A stretch of DNA of 64,000 nt from Phoronis australis (GCA_002633005.1 NMRA01000365.1:242422-306421); one strand, 5' to 3'; counted from the first letter of the stretch, positions 13,101-28,100 are shown. Made by a program: numbers and translations. Notes: a model not told the origin generated them from the sequence alone.

Positions 13101-16100
13101 GTTATAAAAACAACACCTGGTAAAAATTTGCTTCCTTGTAGCAAATTAGCATAAAAAGCATAAAACGCATAACAAGAGCAACGCGGAGCGTTACAATGCG
13201 CCCACGAATGCACCGTAAACCATGTACTTATAGGGTTGCTTATTTGTAACATAAAAATGGCCACAAGATATTACAAAATACATCGCATCCATCCGTTTCG
13301 TAAAATAACTGAAAAATTAGAATTGAAGTGTTGTCAAATGCCATGGTAAAATAGCAGCAAATATTTCGCACCCAGGTGTCTGTCTCTCGTCCTAGACACT
13401 TTTGTAGACCTCGTGACAGTTTTGGTACCCCTCTGATAAGAGCGTAGTCCAAGGCATTGAGTCCTGCTCCATCTGTGTCCATCAATGGCATACCAGAGTC
13501 GACAAGCACCTTGAGTATCTCCAGGTTATCATAGCTACCATAATGCAGTGGGGAGACCAGATGATGCAGTGCTGTGTGGCCATCTTTGTCCTTGGTCATC
13601 AGCTGGACATTGCTGGTCTTGGTGAAACTGTCGTAGTTCATGTCAATGTCACCTGGGTATAGAAGGAGCTGGGATGAAGTAAAGTAGAGTTTCTTAAAAC
13701 ACAATATGATGGCAGAACAGTAACATTTCATTATATCACAAATTTCAACAAGAGTAAATAAGAAAGCTGTATTACTTGATTATATAAAAACTTTATAAAG
13801 TATGGGTGTCATCAAAAGAAACACAGTGAAAATTTGAACATTCTTCACAATGAGCATTTAATTGAAAAATGAACACATGAAAATTTTGGCCATTATGCTT
13901 TGTTTGAATTCAAGGAAACTATACTGTACTGAGAGACAATGCACTCCACCTAGGGTTGGTGCTAGATGTATTACGTAGTGTTTAATCACAATGCAAATTA
14001 GATTGGATCACACCACCACATTGGTTATTGAGTGAAGTAGAAGGACAACAGCACACTAAGAGGACACATATGACATGTGTATGATGTTAGTATACAGTTC
14101 ACACGTATTGGCATTCTCACAAGTTATCTAGTACATTTCTTCCAGACTCCACTATGAGAGTGCGAACAAAAGCAACGCGGAGTGTTGAAATACGCCCTCG
14201 AATGCACCGCAAACAATGTACTTCTAGGGGTGTTTAATTGTTATAAAAATGGCCACAAGACGGCTCAAAATACATAGAATCCATCCAAAAAAAGGTACAA
14301 CGTCATTGTTTCTACATTACAAAGCCATTTACCAAATTACATTAAAATTTGCCAAGGAACTTCAGAGGAAGTGCCACAGTAGTTGAAGTTGTCAGAAAAT
14401 CATCATCAACCATCCTCTTTAGACTAAGAACATATATGCCAATTTTCAAAATCATACTTAGAGTGGTTTGCTTGATAGCAGGCGGATGCCAAAAAAACAG
14501 ACTTTGTCTAGAAAACCGTAAAAATGGCCATTAGATGGCACACAATAAGTCGAATTCAGCCGAAAACAGAAAAATGTCATCATTTCTTTAATAGAAAGCT
14601 ATTTGCCAAATTTCATAACAACCGGTCAAGGAATTTCAGAGAAACAGAGGAAAACAGAAAAAATGAAATAACTGCTAGGTGTACAATGTTCGTCGGATCC
14701 GTCTGAAAGTTGCCGTTATCTGTTGCCAACTTCATATAAACATGCTTGCAAAATTTAATAAAGATCCTACAGTGGGTTTAGGAGATTCAGCAATGGGCGC
14801 AAAAAAATGCCACTAGGAGGCGCCACAGAATTCGAAATCATCAAAAATCATCGTCAACTGTCCTCTTCACAATAAGAATATTACATTCCAAATAAATTTT
14901 CACAATCATAATTAGAGTGGTTTGGTTGATAGAGGGGTGGATGCCAAAAAACAGGCTCGAAAAGTGTAAAAATGGCCACTAGGTGGCAAAAACTACGTCG
15001 AATCCATTTGAAAATGAGAGGATAGCGTCATCTCACTAATAGATGCCTATATGCCAAATGTCATGAAATATGTTGAGGAACTTTGAAGATATGGAGGTAA
15101 GATATGGGGCCCACCAGTAGTCAGATCTGTCTGAAAGTTCGCTCATACCCTCCCATCCATGAGAAGAACACATGCAAAATTTCATGAACATATGCCAAAG
15201 AGTTTTGGAGACACAGCAGCGGATGCTGGACGGAGATCACGGCATAACGTGTCCATATATAAATATGTGGGCGGATAAAATGCAATAGAAAATTCACTAA
15301 TTTTTTTGATAGTCAGTTACTTGTCAGAAGCATATGGTATCAGGAAGCCTCTACCAACTACCACCCTACAGTGAACATGTTGTACACTCGAGCAAGGTAA
15401 TATGAAGTTCCATAAAGGTGATGAAAATGAACTGGTTCTGGTTTACCCTCGACTCAATTTGAAACCTGTCTCAGCTGCCATCTGGTGAGGATGACAGCAA
15501 AAAAGAAGGATCTGTAACTATTTCAGGTAGTATTAAGCAGAATTTTTTTTAAAAATATAACAAAAACAATGCGGAGCGTTGAAATGCGGCCACGAATGCA
15601 CCGCTAATGGTGTGCTTCTAGGTTTGTTTATTTGTTTCATAAAAATAGCCACTAGATGGCGCAAAAACTTCAAATCCATCTGAAAACAGGAAAATGTCAT
15701 CGCTTCTTTAGGGCTGTTCCAGTAAAATCTGTATGGGAGGGGGGAAGGCACCTATTTTTCGCACCCACCACCCATATTTTTCATTTATTTCTTCAGCCTA
15801 CCACCCGTAATTTTTTATAAGTTTGAAATGCAACCACCCGTAATTTTTTTTTATTCTTGTGGTTGACTGCACAGACGCTTGAGTTTATCTGTTCCTCCAT
15901 CACCTCTAACGTCATTCATTACTAAGAAAACACATGTTTCTTATATATGGTTATTAGCCATCGAGAAATTCGAGCACCTGTAGTTAAATGGTGTTATGGG
16001 CATGCCGATGAGGAGATCGGAGGGAGTGAAAAAGTCGGAGCTTTTTGCAAGTTGCATTTTTGTTTCAGGTTTTGATTCTGTGCGGATTTTTATAAAATTT

Positions 16101-19100
16101 ACTAAAATTACCCACCATCAAACATTTATGGCCCAATGAAACAACAACGACCTGTAAATTTTTATTTTTTTGAAGTACGACCACCAGCCATTTTGAATTT
16201 AAATCAAACGCAACCACCCATAAATTTTTATTTCAGTTGCCTTCCCCCCCCTCCCACACAGATTTTGCTGGAACAGCCCTTAATAGAAAGCTATTTACCA
16301 CATTTCATAAAAATATCAGTCAAGGAACTACAGAGAAATGATGGAAAACAGAAAAAATGAAATTGACACTATGGGGCACAGCGTTCATTGGATCGGAATG
16401 AAAGACGTTGTCTGTTGTTAGCTTCATAAAAATACAATTACTAAATTTAATAAAGATCATGCAGTGTGTTAAGGAGATGCAGCTATGGGCGCAAAACAAA
16501 ACAAAACTACAACTAGGAGGTGCCACAGTAGTCGAATTCATTATAGTCAACCGTCCTCTTCACAATGAGAACATACACGCAAATTTTCAAAATCATCCTT
16601 AGAATTGTTTGGTTGATCGATGGGTGGATGCCAAAAAAAACAAACTCGAAAACAGGAAAATGGCCACTAGGTGGCGCAAAGTACCTCGATTCCATCCGAA
16701 AACGGAAAGATAGCATCATCCCACCAATAGATGCCTATATTCAAAATTTTATGAAAATCTGTTGAGGAACTTTGAAGATACAGAGGTAAACCTAAAAAAA
16801 CTAAAATTGCCACTAAGGGGCACACTGGCAGTCAGATCCGTTCGAAAGTTGTTGTTATTTGTTGCAAACATTTGCTAAATTTAGCAAAGATGCTGCAAAC
16901 TGTTTAGGAGATACAGCCTCTAGGAGGCGCCACAGTAGACGAAGCCATAGGAAAATTATCGTCGGCCGTCCTCTTCGTAGTAAGAACACATTATGCCAAT
17001 TTTCACAACCATGCTTGAGACGTTTGGTCGATAGAGGAGTGGACGCTAAAAACAGACTAAAAAACAATAAAAATGGCAACTAGGTGGTGCAAACTACATC
17101 AAATCCATCCGTAAACGGGATGATAGTGTCATCTGACTAATAGATGCCTATACGCCAAATTTTATGACAATACGTTGCGGACCTTTGAGTATACAGAGGT
17201 AAACGTAAAAAATTGAAATTGCCACTAGGGGGCACACCGGCAGTCAGATGCATACAGAAGTTATCGTCATCCACTGTCAACATCATATAAACATGCTAAA
17301 TTTAATAAAGATCCTGCAAACGTTTTAGGAGATACAACCATGGGCGCAAAAAAACAAAACTGCCACTAGGAGGTGCCACAATTGTCGAAGTCGTCGGAAA
17401 ATCATCGTCAGCCATCCTCTTCATAGTAAGAACATACACGCTAATTTTCACAATCATCCTTAGAGCGGTTCGGTTGATAGAGTGGTGGATGTTAAAAACA
17501 CACTCAAAAAAGGCAAAAATGGCCGCTAGGTGTTGCAAACTTCATTGAATCCATCCAAAATCTCACTAATAGATGCCTATACGCCAAATTTTATGAAAAT
17601 ACATTGAGGATCTTTGAAGATATAGAGGTAAGCGTAAAAAACAAAAATTGCCACTAGGGGGGCACATTGATGGGCGCATCCATCAGAAAGTTTGCTCATG
17701 GCGTCTTATCCATGAAAGAAACACATGTGCAAAATTTCATGGANATCTACTCTTGCCGTACGTGGGCGTCCAAACCGGCGGTGTTCCGTCCGCACTGGGC
17801 GTCCTGAGGCTGTTCTGGGCGTCCTTGCCAGGGCGTCCAAATTTGAGCTAGGGCGTCCATTTGGACGCCCAGGACGTACGCTAGATGAAGGCCTGCGATG
17901 GACTGACGACGGACGGAGATGACGGCATATTTAAATGTGGGAGCATAAAAATTACCCCATAACTGAATCAATTTTCAAGGAAACCACAGACCAGAACCAC
18001 TTATGCTTTTTTCATTCACCTTTTAGTTATAATAAAGTAATTAAATATGGCCAACTAGAATTACCATCATGCCTTACAAATGGTGTGACCTGTAAGTATC
18101 AGTCAACCTTTATTGTAGTCTACCCTGTGTCCATTATCCTAAAACAACCACTCACTCACCAGATGGCGTGACCTCCATCAGGTGTCGGTCAACCTTGACC
18201 TGATCACCATCCACTTCGTCCTCCTCCTCTCCCTCATCATCCACGTCCATATTATCTTCGTCATCACTCTCGCTCTCATCATCACTCGCTGCAGCCGCCT
18301 CAACAATCTGACCCAGTTGTATCATCTTCTTTGATTTGTTGTTGGCTTGCTTGGCTTCTTCCATTTGCTGTTGTTTGCGTAGCTCTTCATCAGTTGGAGG
18401 TCGATAAAAATGATTGAGGAGCAACTTCACAGCATGCACATTATTCTGGAAAGTCAAGAAAGGACTATCACCACTGAACAAGGAGTGGGACCACAGAGGC
18501 AATGATTGCAAACAAGTGAAAACATAGAGATTTTGAATATAAACCAATCAAATCACATAGGCTTTGATAACAAACCAATCAAATCCCAGGGGCTATGAAT
18601 ACAAACCAATCAAATCACAGTGGCTGTGATTACAAACCAATTAAATCCCAGGGCTGTGACTACAAATCAATCAAATCCCAGAAGCTGGGAATACAAGCCA
18701 ATCAAATCATAAAGGGGGGCTCCGGCTACAAACCAATCAAATTTCAGAGGCTGTGACTACAAGCCAATCAAATCATAAAACAGAGGCTGTAACTACAAAC
18801 CAATCAAATTTCAGAGGCTGTAACTCTAAACCAATCAAATCATAAAGAGAGGCTGTGACTACAAACCTTTGAAATGATAAACAGAGGCTGTAACTACAAA
18901 CCAATCAAATCCCAGAAGCTGTGACTACAAAGCCAGTGAAATCATTAACAGAGGCTGTGCCTACAAATTACAGCAAAATGACTGGGGCTACGACTACAAA
19001 TCAATCAATGAAATCATATAACTTTTAAAGTACAAATTACCTGCCTAGTAAATACTTTGACCTGTTTTTTTTTCAGATGCTTGGTGTCCCACTAACAGTA

Positions 19101-22100
19101 TTTGACCTCAAACACATTGTCAATATTAACCTAAACCAGTCAGAGAGCTTCATCCAACTGCAGCATGTCCACAGTAAAATTATTTGACCACTAGAAGGGT
19201 ATTCTTAATTACTTACTGGAAACAAGATATTCATAAATGATATTATTCGAAGGAGCTGGCCAATGAAAAAATGGCTAATGTGGAGATTCAACAGAGGATA
19301 TACTTGAGCAAGATGATGGGAAAACGCAATCAGTGAGATCAGATACTTTGTGACGGTACAGCTAATCAGTGATCAGATACTTTGTGACAGTACAGCTAAT
19401 CAGATACAATTTAAAACATACCAAACCAGATGATACTCATTCTGCTTGTACAGCCAATTAGTACACAATAGATAACCACTGTGCATTAGCAACACTCACG
19501 GCTTCCTCTCCCACTATCTGGTTTACTTACCAACTTGATAGCGTACATCAATGGAGTCATGCCTGATTCATCAGCGAAATCTGCGCTCGCTCCAATTGAC
19601 AACATGGAGGCTAAATATCGAGTCATCTCTCCATCTCTCTGATGCAAGAGTTTGATTAGTGGCGAGGTTGATGTGTCGTAAGTCCTGTGATAGCGGGATA
19701 GACGAGGTAATACCGTGGCGCCATCAGGAGGTTGGTCGAAGTGGGCGGGGTCGAGGTCAGGGTAGTCACACAACAGGTTAAGGGTCAGACCCTCCTTCAC
19801 TAGAGACTCAGCTATGCTCAAGGCACTGGGTGGAAACAAAAAAGAATAAAGACAAATTAATTATACCACTCAAATGGTCTAAACATTTATTTATAAATTA
19901 CACATTGGGAAACAACCTTGTACAAACCAAAATAAATTACAACCACTTTAGTTAGGTTAAAACATAAGCAAGATGATTTTTAAAGGAACTTTCAATACAA
20001 ATTGTTAGTGTTGGTTACTCTTACCAATAGAGGGCACTGCAGCTCCTAACACCAGATGAACACACANGGACAAGACAACTAGTTCTTGTCTGTCAATCAT
20101 CTAAGTTCTTAACAGGTCCTCCTGGAGGCAATTTGTTTGCAAATGTTGGATTTTATATTTTAACCTATTAAAAATAATTAAAAAATTATGGGTCATGGGT
20201 TGGAGAAATAAATGAAAATTATGGGCGGTGGGTACGAAATAAAAGTGCCTTCCCCCCCTCCCATACAGATTTTGCTGGAACAGCCCTAACACAAAACGAG
20301 CACAAATTGTTTTGGAAAATGAGGCAAATTGGGCGTTACTTTTATTAATGGAAAACAAGCACTTCTTTAAATAATCCAGACAGTAACATTGTTAAACAAC
20401 ATAGAACACAATCCTGGAAGATACGAATTGAAGTAACATTGTAAAACAAGATAGAACAAAATCCTGGAGGAAAGGCATTGTAGTGGAATTTAGAGGCGAG
20501 ACCATGTTATCATTTGCACAGCCCGATTATGTTAATCAGACTAGAGAGGCGAGACCATGTTATCATTTGCACTGCCTGATTATGTTAACCAGACTTAGGT
20601 TTACAACCTATTTACACTAAATATTGTAAGCAAGGCAAATTCTTGGAGTTTCTAATGTTAACAAATCTCACTCTTTATAACATGTTGGATCCAAATGCCA
20701 GAATACAGCAGCCAGGGCATTTCTTCCGTATTTGTCTTTCTCATTAAGGGTCTTGATACTGACACGCTCTACAAGAGATAAAAGCATTATGATAATGCCA
20801 GAATGAGCATGGAACAGTTACATTAAGAACACATATTAATTAACCTTTGTGTAGTTAGAATTATAATGAGAGTTGCATCACCAGGTCAAAAGTGACTAAC
20901 TTTAAAGTAAGATAAAATATTGAAGAAATCAACGGAGCTGTGCATTAGACAAACATATCCTCTATGAGCTCCAGTATGTATAACAATAGAAAACAAGAGT
21001 GTTAATTTGCCTCATTTCAAGACTTGACTTTTTTGACCTATCACAATTATTGTAGATCAGAATAATAGACACTTGCCACTGCGTAAAATGGGACCTCCCA
21101 AGGTGAAAGTCACTTGACAATGTGAAGCAGGACATGCAAATTAAATGTTTAATACAAAATGTATTATAATTTAAAACAAAATATTTTTTTAAATCTCTAG
21201 TGTCAGACTTGAGGTCAAAATATCTTATGACTCGCCTAATAAAAAGTTGACCAGAGCTGCGTTATGATGAAGACATGCATAGATGAGTGGAGTGCAGCCA
21301 CAGCTGTCACTGGCGTCTACAGGAACGTTGTATCTGACCAGCTGACCAGCAACCTAGAAACAAACATGTAATGATCAGTCAACAACATGCAAGTAATCAG
21401 CGAAAGAAGTCTGAAGATTAATATAATGATCAGTCAATAATATGCAAGTTATGGTGAAATATCAATTTCAAAAGGATTTCATTAATATCTTTTTATACTT
21501 CATAGAAAGCACAACTACGATAGTGGTCTGTCCTATTTTATCCTCCAACTTCAGAGGGCAGCACACATAAAGATCAACAATTTATTTATTTATTTATGAA
21601 TTTAACATTCACAATGAGGGTAGCCCCATCAGTTCACACTGCTTTCCATGGGGGCCGTCAGTAAAAACAGACAGTAAGACACTAACAGAAATACAAAATG
21701 AAAGACAATATTTTAATAATAAGCAAAGAATAAGAAATTAACATGAAAAGACTCATGAAACAAAATAACTAAAATATGAAGATGAAGAAAGTAAGACAAG
21801 ATAATCACCTAAAACATAAATATAAATAATTAAAAACAGACAATAAATAATTAATAAAAGTAAGACATCATATAAATATACATGCATGTATAAACATGCA
21901 CTCTTACACACACATACACCAACATACATACCTACATAAAATTAGGAACACACATATACATGCATATATACATACATACATAAATACAAACATACACATG
22001 AATACACATCTACATACACATATGTACACATGACTAAAAATAGTCTGATATGGGGATACTGAATGTAAAATTGCTAAACAGAACACATCTACATGAAGTA

Positions 22101-25100
22101 AAATCTATTTCTTATAATTCCTTTAAAAGGGAACTGTATTTTATTCTAAATAAATTCTGGATAGTTTTCCATGAATTGTTGATTAATTTCACAAATAACT
22201 AAGCTTATATTCTCTAACGAAGCTAAAAAAAATTACCGGCTTGGAGCCCTGCTTAGTCTAGTGACGTATTTGGCGGAGGCAGTCACTGTCCTGTGTTAGC
22301 GTGCAATCAAGTAGCGTTTTTTATATTGTCGGAATAAGAAATTTTAGTGTGAAATGTCGGGTCACCAGGGATACCTGTTTGAGCCGAGGCAACACAAAGT
22401 GATACTCAGTCATCGTCGGACGAAAATTTGCCGGTTTAACCAGCCCGTATCAACAATTTACACTGGTGTGACTGTGCCGTGGGCAATATGGACTCTAGCC
22501 AGCCAGTCAGCGCTGTTAACTTGAAGGGTTGTTAAGTTACCGACTATAGCTGTATGAAGACTATCGTACCACTGTGTGTTGAGCTTCTTTAACCCCGAAA
22601 TTTCAGACAGCCGTTGACTACCCGGGTATACATGTAGTTGACTTATGCTCGTCACCTCCTCGTAAAACTTAGGCTACATCAACATATAAAGCTAACGGAC
22701 CGGCGGGGGCGCATGCAAAATCTGGTATACACCGACACTCGCATTGTTCGTTGCAGCCGTTTAAGTGGAAAACAATCAAATAAACGTCATTTGGTAGCAT
22801 AATTTGCCGCTTTTTTAACAAAGAAGTGTGTCATCCGTTCAAAAACAGCACGCTCGTATCACGGTGCACACGCCATTTCCTAAAAATTTGAGATGTCTTT
22901 TGGGACATGATGACAGCTTCACAGCACCAAGGTTGTTCTAAAATTCGGTTTGTTGGTATAAAAATACTAAAAACTTCTAACAAAATGAAACAAGTTCATA
23001 TAATTTGTTATAACATGTACGCAACCTAGGTACCGTCAGCGACAAACACTTGATAAAAGAATCAGGGGGAAAAGAAACTGGTAAAGGTCAGGTGACGTAA
23101 TCGCAAAAAGCCGACTCAAGAGAATACATTACAATTTAAGCAGCAGGCGATGAACGATCGCTAACTTTTCCAACACCGGTAAATACAGAAGTAAGTTTAC
23201 TCTAGGAACCTGGTTCCTATGTTTACTCAAGGATGAGATTAGTCTTAATGACATTAAGTCATACTTTATTTGTCCATTTTTTACCCATATCGGCTTTTGA
23301 AAACCTGTAGGCCTATATTTAGTATATAGCTTTGGGCCAAGGCTTGGGTAACCCGATGATGGTATGCAATGACCATCCCTTTAGAAGACACCTTTTTTGA
23401 AGACTTTGAGCAAGCAGGTGCCATACAAAAATGCATAGCGAACCTTTTACGGCACTGTGACAAACAATAAAAATAAGGACGATTGATACAATGATAAATT
23501 ACAATGTAAACTGTTCAAAATATGACATAAGCAATGAATGTGTAAAGCAGCCTATACCCCGCCATTCACGTCACTGACACATCAGCCAATCAGCGATCGC
23601 TTTCAGAATTCAGTGTTTTAACCATGAATACGAATCGGCTGTTGTTTGGAACGCAAGTCAGGCAAATATGAGTTTTATTTGTGTGTTAGAACCGATTAAC
23701 TGCAACATTATTTTAACTACAGTTCCCTTTTAAAGGTTTTAAAGGAGATGTAGATTTAACATCTGTAGGGAGAGTGTTCCATAAATAGGGCCCGCTGTAG
23801 GAAAATGATTTTTTTCCCAGTTTCGTCTCTGGGTTTAGGAAGACTGAAATTTGATGATGAGGACCTAGTATTCTTGACCATTGAATAAAATATGCTACCA
23901 GCGGTTCTTATTTTGCAGTCAAGAATTTTCAATAATGACCAACAATACTGACCATCAATATTGACCATCAATATTGACCTTTCATACCTTCATATTGACC
24001 TTCCATATCTTCATAATGCCCATAGATAAAATTTTTGTTTCCATTTGTTTTGAGAGCATTTTTGTGAATCAATGGAGATCTCTTTATGATTCCATGTACA
24101 TAACGTCCTGAATGTAAGTCACCACCTTACCACTGAGCATGTTACCAAACTAAAAAATTCTTTTAAGCCCTTTATGTCACCTGGATTCTAACATCATGTT
24201 TGATTTTAATAGTCGTAACATATAAACCTTCTGTGAATGCAAACCTCTAACAAAGTAATGTAATTCGCCCCATTACGCATATTACACAAAAGGTGTGTTT
24301 GCAAAGGCTAAAATGTTATGCGACATTCACTACAAATCATTTGTGCAGACTTTAGCAAGTACGCACTAGACAGTCCTTAAACACGCCTTGCAATCACAAT
24401 ATCACCACATGACCTTTACAGAATGTTTTGCATTAAAATGACCATTGAATGATTGTAAAACATGGCATCTTCCCAAATACAATGGATTGTTCTTTTGTCC
24501 ATTCCAAGTACCTCCTGGAAGTTTTTACCAAAATCTTTTTACAACATTCTGACTAAAACACTGGAAGTTGACACACTGAATGACAGATCGAATGCCTAAA
24601 CATGACTTTCCACGAGTTACTAAGCTAATGTAATCAGTTACAAAACAATAATTGACTTTCAACTCCACCTTAGTCATTTTCTCATTTCTGAGATCTGAAA
24701 ACCTACATAATGACGTCAAGTCAATTATTGTCTACCAGTCCTACCTAAATCCTTAAATTTGTCACAGTTAACTTAACATATCCAACAACAAAGACAAACC
24801 TTTAAGACAAGTGCTGCCATGCTGACTGAGGCAGATAATGCCAGAATATGGAACAGGTTTTGTCCTTTGCTGTTGGTTTGAGTCAACAAGCCTATATCTG
24901 GCACCTTCTTCAGCAGGGTCAACACCAGGTTGAACTTGGACGTTCTCATGGCCGCCTGGAAAACATCATGAAATGTGAAGCTCAAACAACAACAGGGCAA
25001 AATCAGGCACCTTCTTTAGAAAGATCAATGAGATAGTACTTTTTGTTCATTGTTGCCTAAAAAACAATGTTGAACATGAATTTAAATTCAATTACAAATT

Positions 25101-28100
25101 ACTGTTGAAATTACTATTACTATTAAAATTATATTTGTCATTCTGTTCATATTTTACAAAGCCAATTGCTTCAACATATCCCGCATAGAATATCACAAAA
25201 TCAAAGGGGACAAACGATATAATGACATGTGACAAGACTTCGACAGCAATATTGAAATGGTTTCCGCAAATATGGCCGAAAACCGAAACCTACCTCGACA
25301 ACTTCTGTGTAAGGTAGACAGAACTGATTGAGCTTATCAAGCATAATGTAGAGGATCCCCTGCCATTCGTGGTATATAATGGACTGCACTAGCGGGAAGG
25401 ACCTGGTCTTCTTTCTGCATTCCGCGTCCATCGTCTTGAGAACAGACCACCTCCAGGCTGGCTTCTCACTCTTCTCCTTCTTTTCATCTTCATATGGAAC
25501 GTCATACACCGTTACATTAATGTTTGCGTCTTTCTCCATGAGAATTAGAACACAGCTGAAAAAAAATCAAATCTTACGGTGATTACTTGCCTCTTCTTTT
25601 GCTTATTCAGATAACAATATTTTCAAATTTCTACCAGATCAAAATACAGAAAAAATGATTCAAATACTGGAATTTGCTTACTCGAGTTGGTAACAATGCG
25701 TCCGTCTCTCACGGACTTCAGCTTGGCTAGTGGTGTTATTATCATTCTGGCCAATAGGTGGCGTTTTAACCAGACAATGCAGCCTCGAGGTCAGGACACT
25801 ATCCTATAATTGTGACATATGGAACCTTAATCCACCTTGTTTATTCAGAGAGGGGCTCTTGATGCGTTCGAGGAGAGCTTCTTTGACACCCCTTCTAAAT
25901 GAATCTTCCTCACAGCCTAGGATAGTGACATCATCACTATTAAAATCATGTCCAATGGTGCAACGACGGATAGAAATAGCCGAGTCATATGTTTCCCCGT
26001 AACTATGGCGACGATGTTGTGGCATATGCATTTTTAAGGACTGTTTCGTTTCACATAGAGGTGTGTATGTCACAACATTGGAACTGTTTGTGCACGTATA
26101 TATGCTGATTCACATGATGCTTCAACACCATTAGTTAAGTTTGTGAACGCATCTAAAGCTTTAAGTAGAGGTACTGGTAGATTGGAGTCTAGTCCTTGGT
26201 CAACGTCAACAAATGTACGTCACTGACGTTTCTTCAAGTAAACCCATTGTCACCATACGTCGCATAATTTACCAACGTGCAATTCACGATCCAGTTCACT
26301 ACAAATGGGTGCAACGATGCTTGGCACCTTTACAACGACGCCATTGCGATAGGTGTACACCTATCCACTGTACAGTTTGGGGGGGCAGCCTCTACAATCC
26401 AAATTTATGTTTTGCCATGCGTACAGCACAATTTTAAAATCATTACAACTTCAATGTCAAAGTGCCAATTCATCACTCCGAGACTTTACGTCAACAAAAA
26501 CATGTGTAAAGACATAACTAAAATCCCATAGGTGTCAGTTGCTACCCAGAAAGACCCTGACTTCAAAAATGAATTACAAGTCATGTGAAAGTTATGTTAG
26601 TAATTTATATATATAAAATAATATGAAAACATAAACTTTTTAAGAACAAAAGGGAGTGAATGCTTTAACTCTCCAAATACACTAAAAATGACATCCCATA
26701 TTTAAAAATAATCTACGCAAAGACATGGCATCTTTCTAATAACCAACAATTATAAATAAAATGACCTTAATCAGTTCAAACCATGCGCTTCGAATTCCTA
26801 AGTTTCTTACATTTTTTCAGAAGATTTTTCAAATATATCACCCAGACTGTTCACATGGTGGATTACATCCTATATGTATGTACTTGCCCGTTAGGTTGCA
26901 AGTTTTCTCTTGTAAAAGAAACCGTAACAGTTTTAAAAGTAACGATTTATTTCTTGAAAAGAGGTAGCAAAGATGAAAACAACGGCAACTCAGTAGTGAA
27001 CTTGTAAGATCTCCTGGAAATAGTTAAAAAACAACAATATTTGATATTTTAATTTCCTAGGAATAGGCGCTTGAGTTGCAGACGATATAGTATTTAGCAA
27101 TTGAAAACTGAGACATAAGTGTCTTATAATTAACAATTTTGTTCCAGATTTTACGTTTAGGGCCTGGTTGCATGTCGAGTGTTAGTTACACTGTTGCAAC
27201 TGTATTACTTTTAACTATATTCGGAAAGTTTGATGATCGAACTGGCTGAAGACGTCGAGTCGACATTGACCTACCTTCTGAACTTTCCATGTCAGAGGTC
27301 GCTGTTGAAGTAGTGCAAGAGGTGAATACGGAAAACTTTATTTCAAGGCCATATTTCCCTCGACAGATTCAACACGCGTGGGATAAAATGTATTATTTCA
27401 ATTTTGTTTGTTGCTCCGTCTAACCCACTTGTGATATATTTTTGTTACGTTTTAACTCCAGCTTAAGCAGATGATATTTTCTTTGTCACTTCTTCAATTC
27501 TTAACCAAATTTTTTGGTAATGTGATATAACTCTTATTTACATGCAAAGAGCTTGACCTTGACCTTTGAGAACTCCTCCTCCAGTTCACTTATTCTTGAC
27601 CTCATATTTTCAATAATTTTGTTAATTTTCTTAACAATATTCTACAGACTGCTATAATTGCCATCTAGTAAACACTAGCTGTGGTCGTAAATCAAGACTG
27701 CAGCTACTCTGCTATCCCGTTTCACTTTCCTGGTCCCAGATGCAGAATCAAAGGGGAGAATGCTCAGGTCTGCTGAGTTTTGGTCAAGCAAAAACATCTT
27801 TTTTCACAATCCTCCATCAAAAGTGGAGTGCTTGTTGTTATTTCTTCAAGGGGAACTATTGCAAGATGAGCGCTGCCTACTTCATGCCCCGACGTACTTA
27901 CAGTGAATTCACTAAACCCACCCTTTGCTTTCAGTTATTCCAATGTTTATGATCCATGTTTACGAAGTTCTTGATCCCAGGGAATTCGTTAGCGTAGTTA
28001 AAGATTTTTTATCTCGCTGTTATGAAAGGAGCTAGGCACACAACATGTATAACCTTCCTGTGACTGCTTCTTCCGTACGCTTGCTGACATATTCGTTTAC

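Noticed and set aside
15445-15512. Possible extra phase-1 exon between exons 31 and 32
   Set aside because: In-frame TGA, and exons 31 and 32 already join in phase
26540-27960. Possible MITE or gene fragments
   Set aside because: No TIRs, second copy or recognisable protein motif that I could confirm by eye
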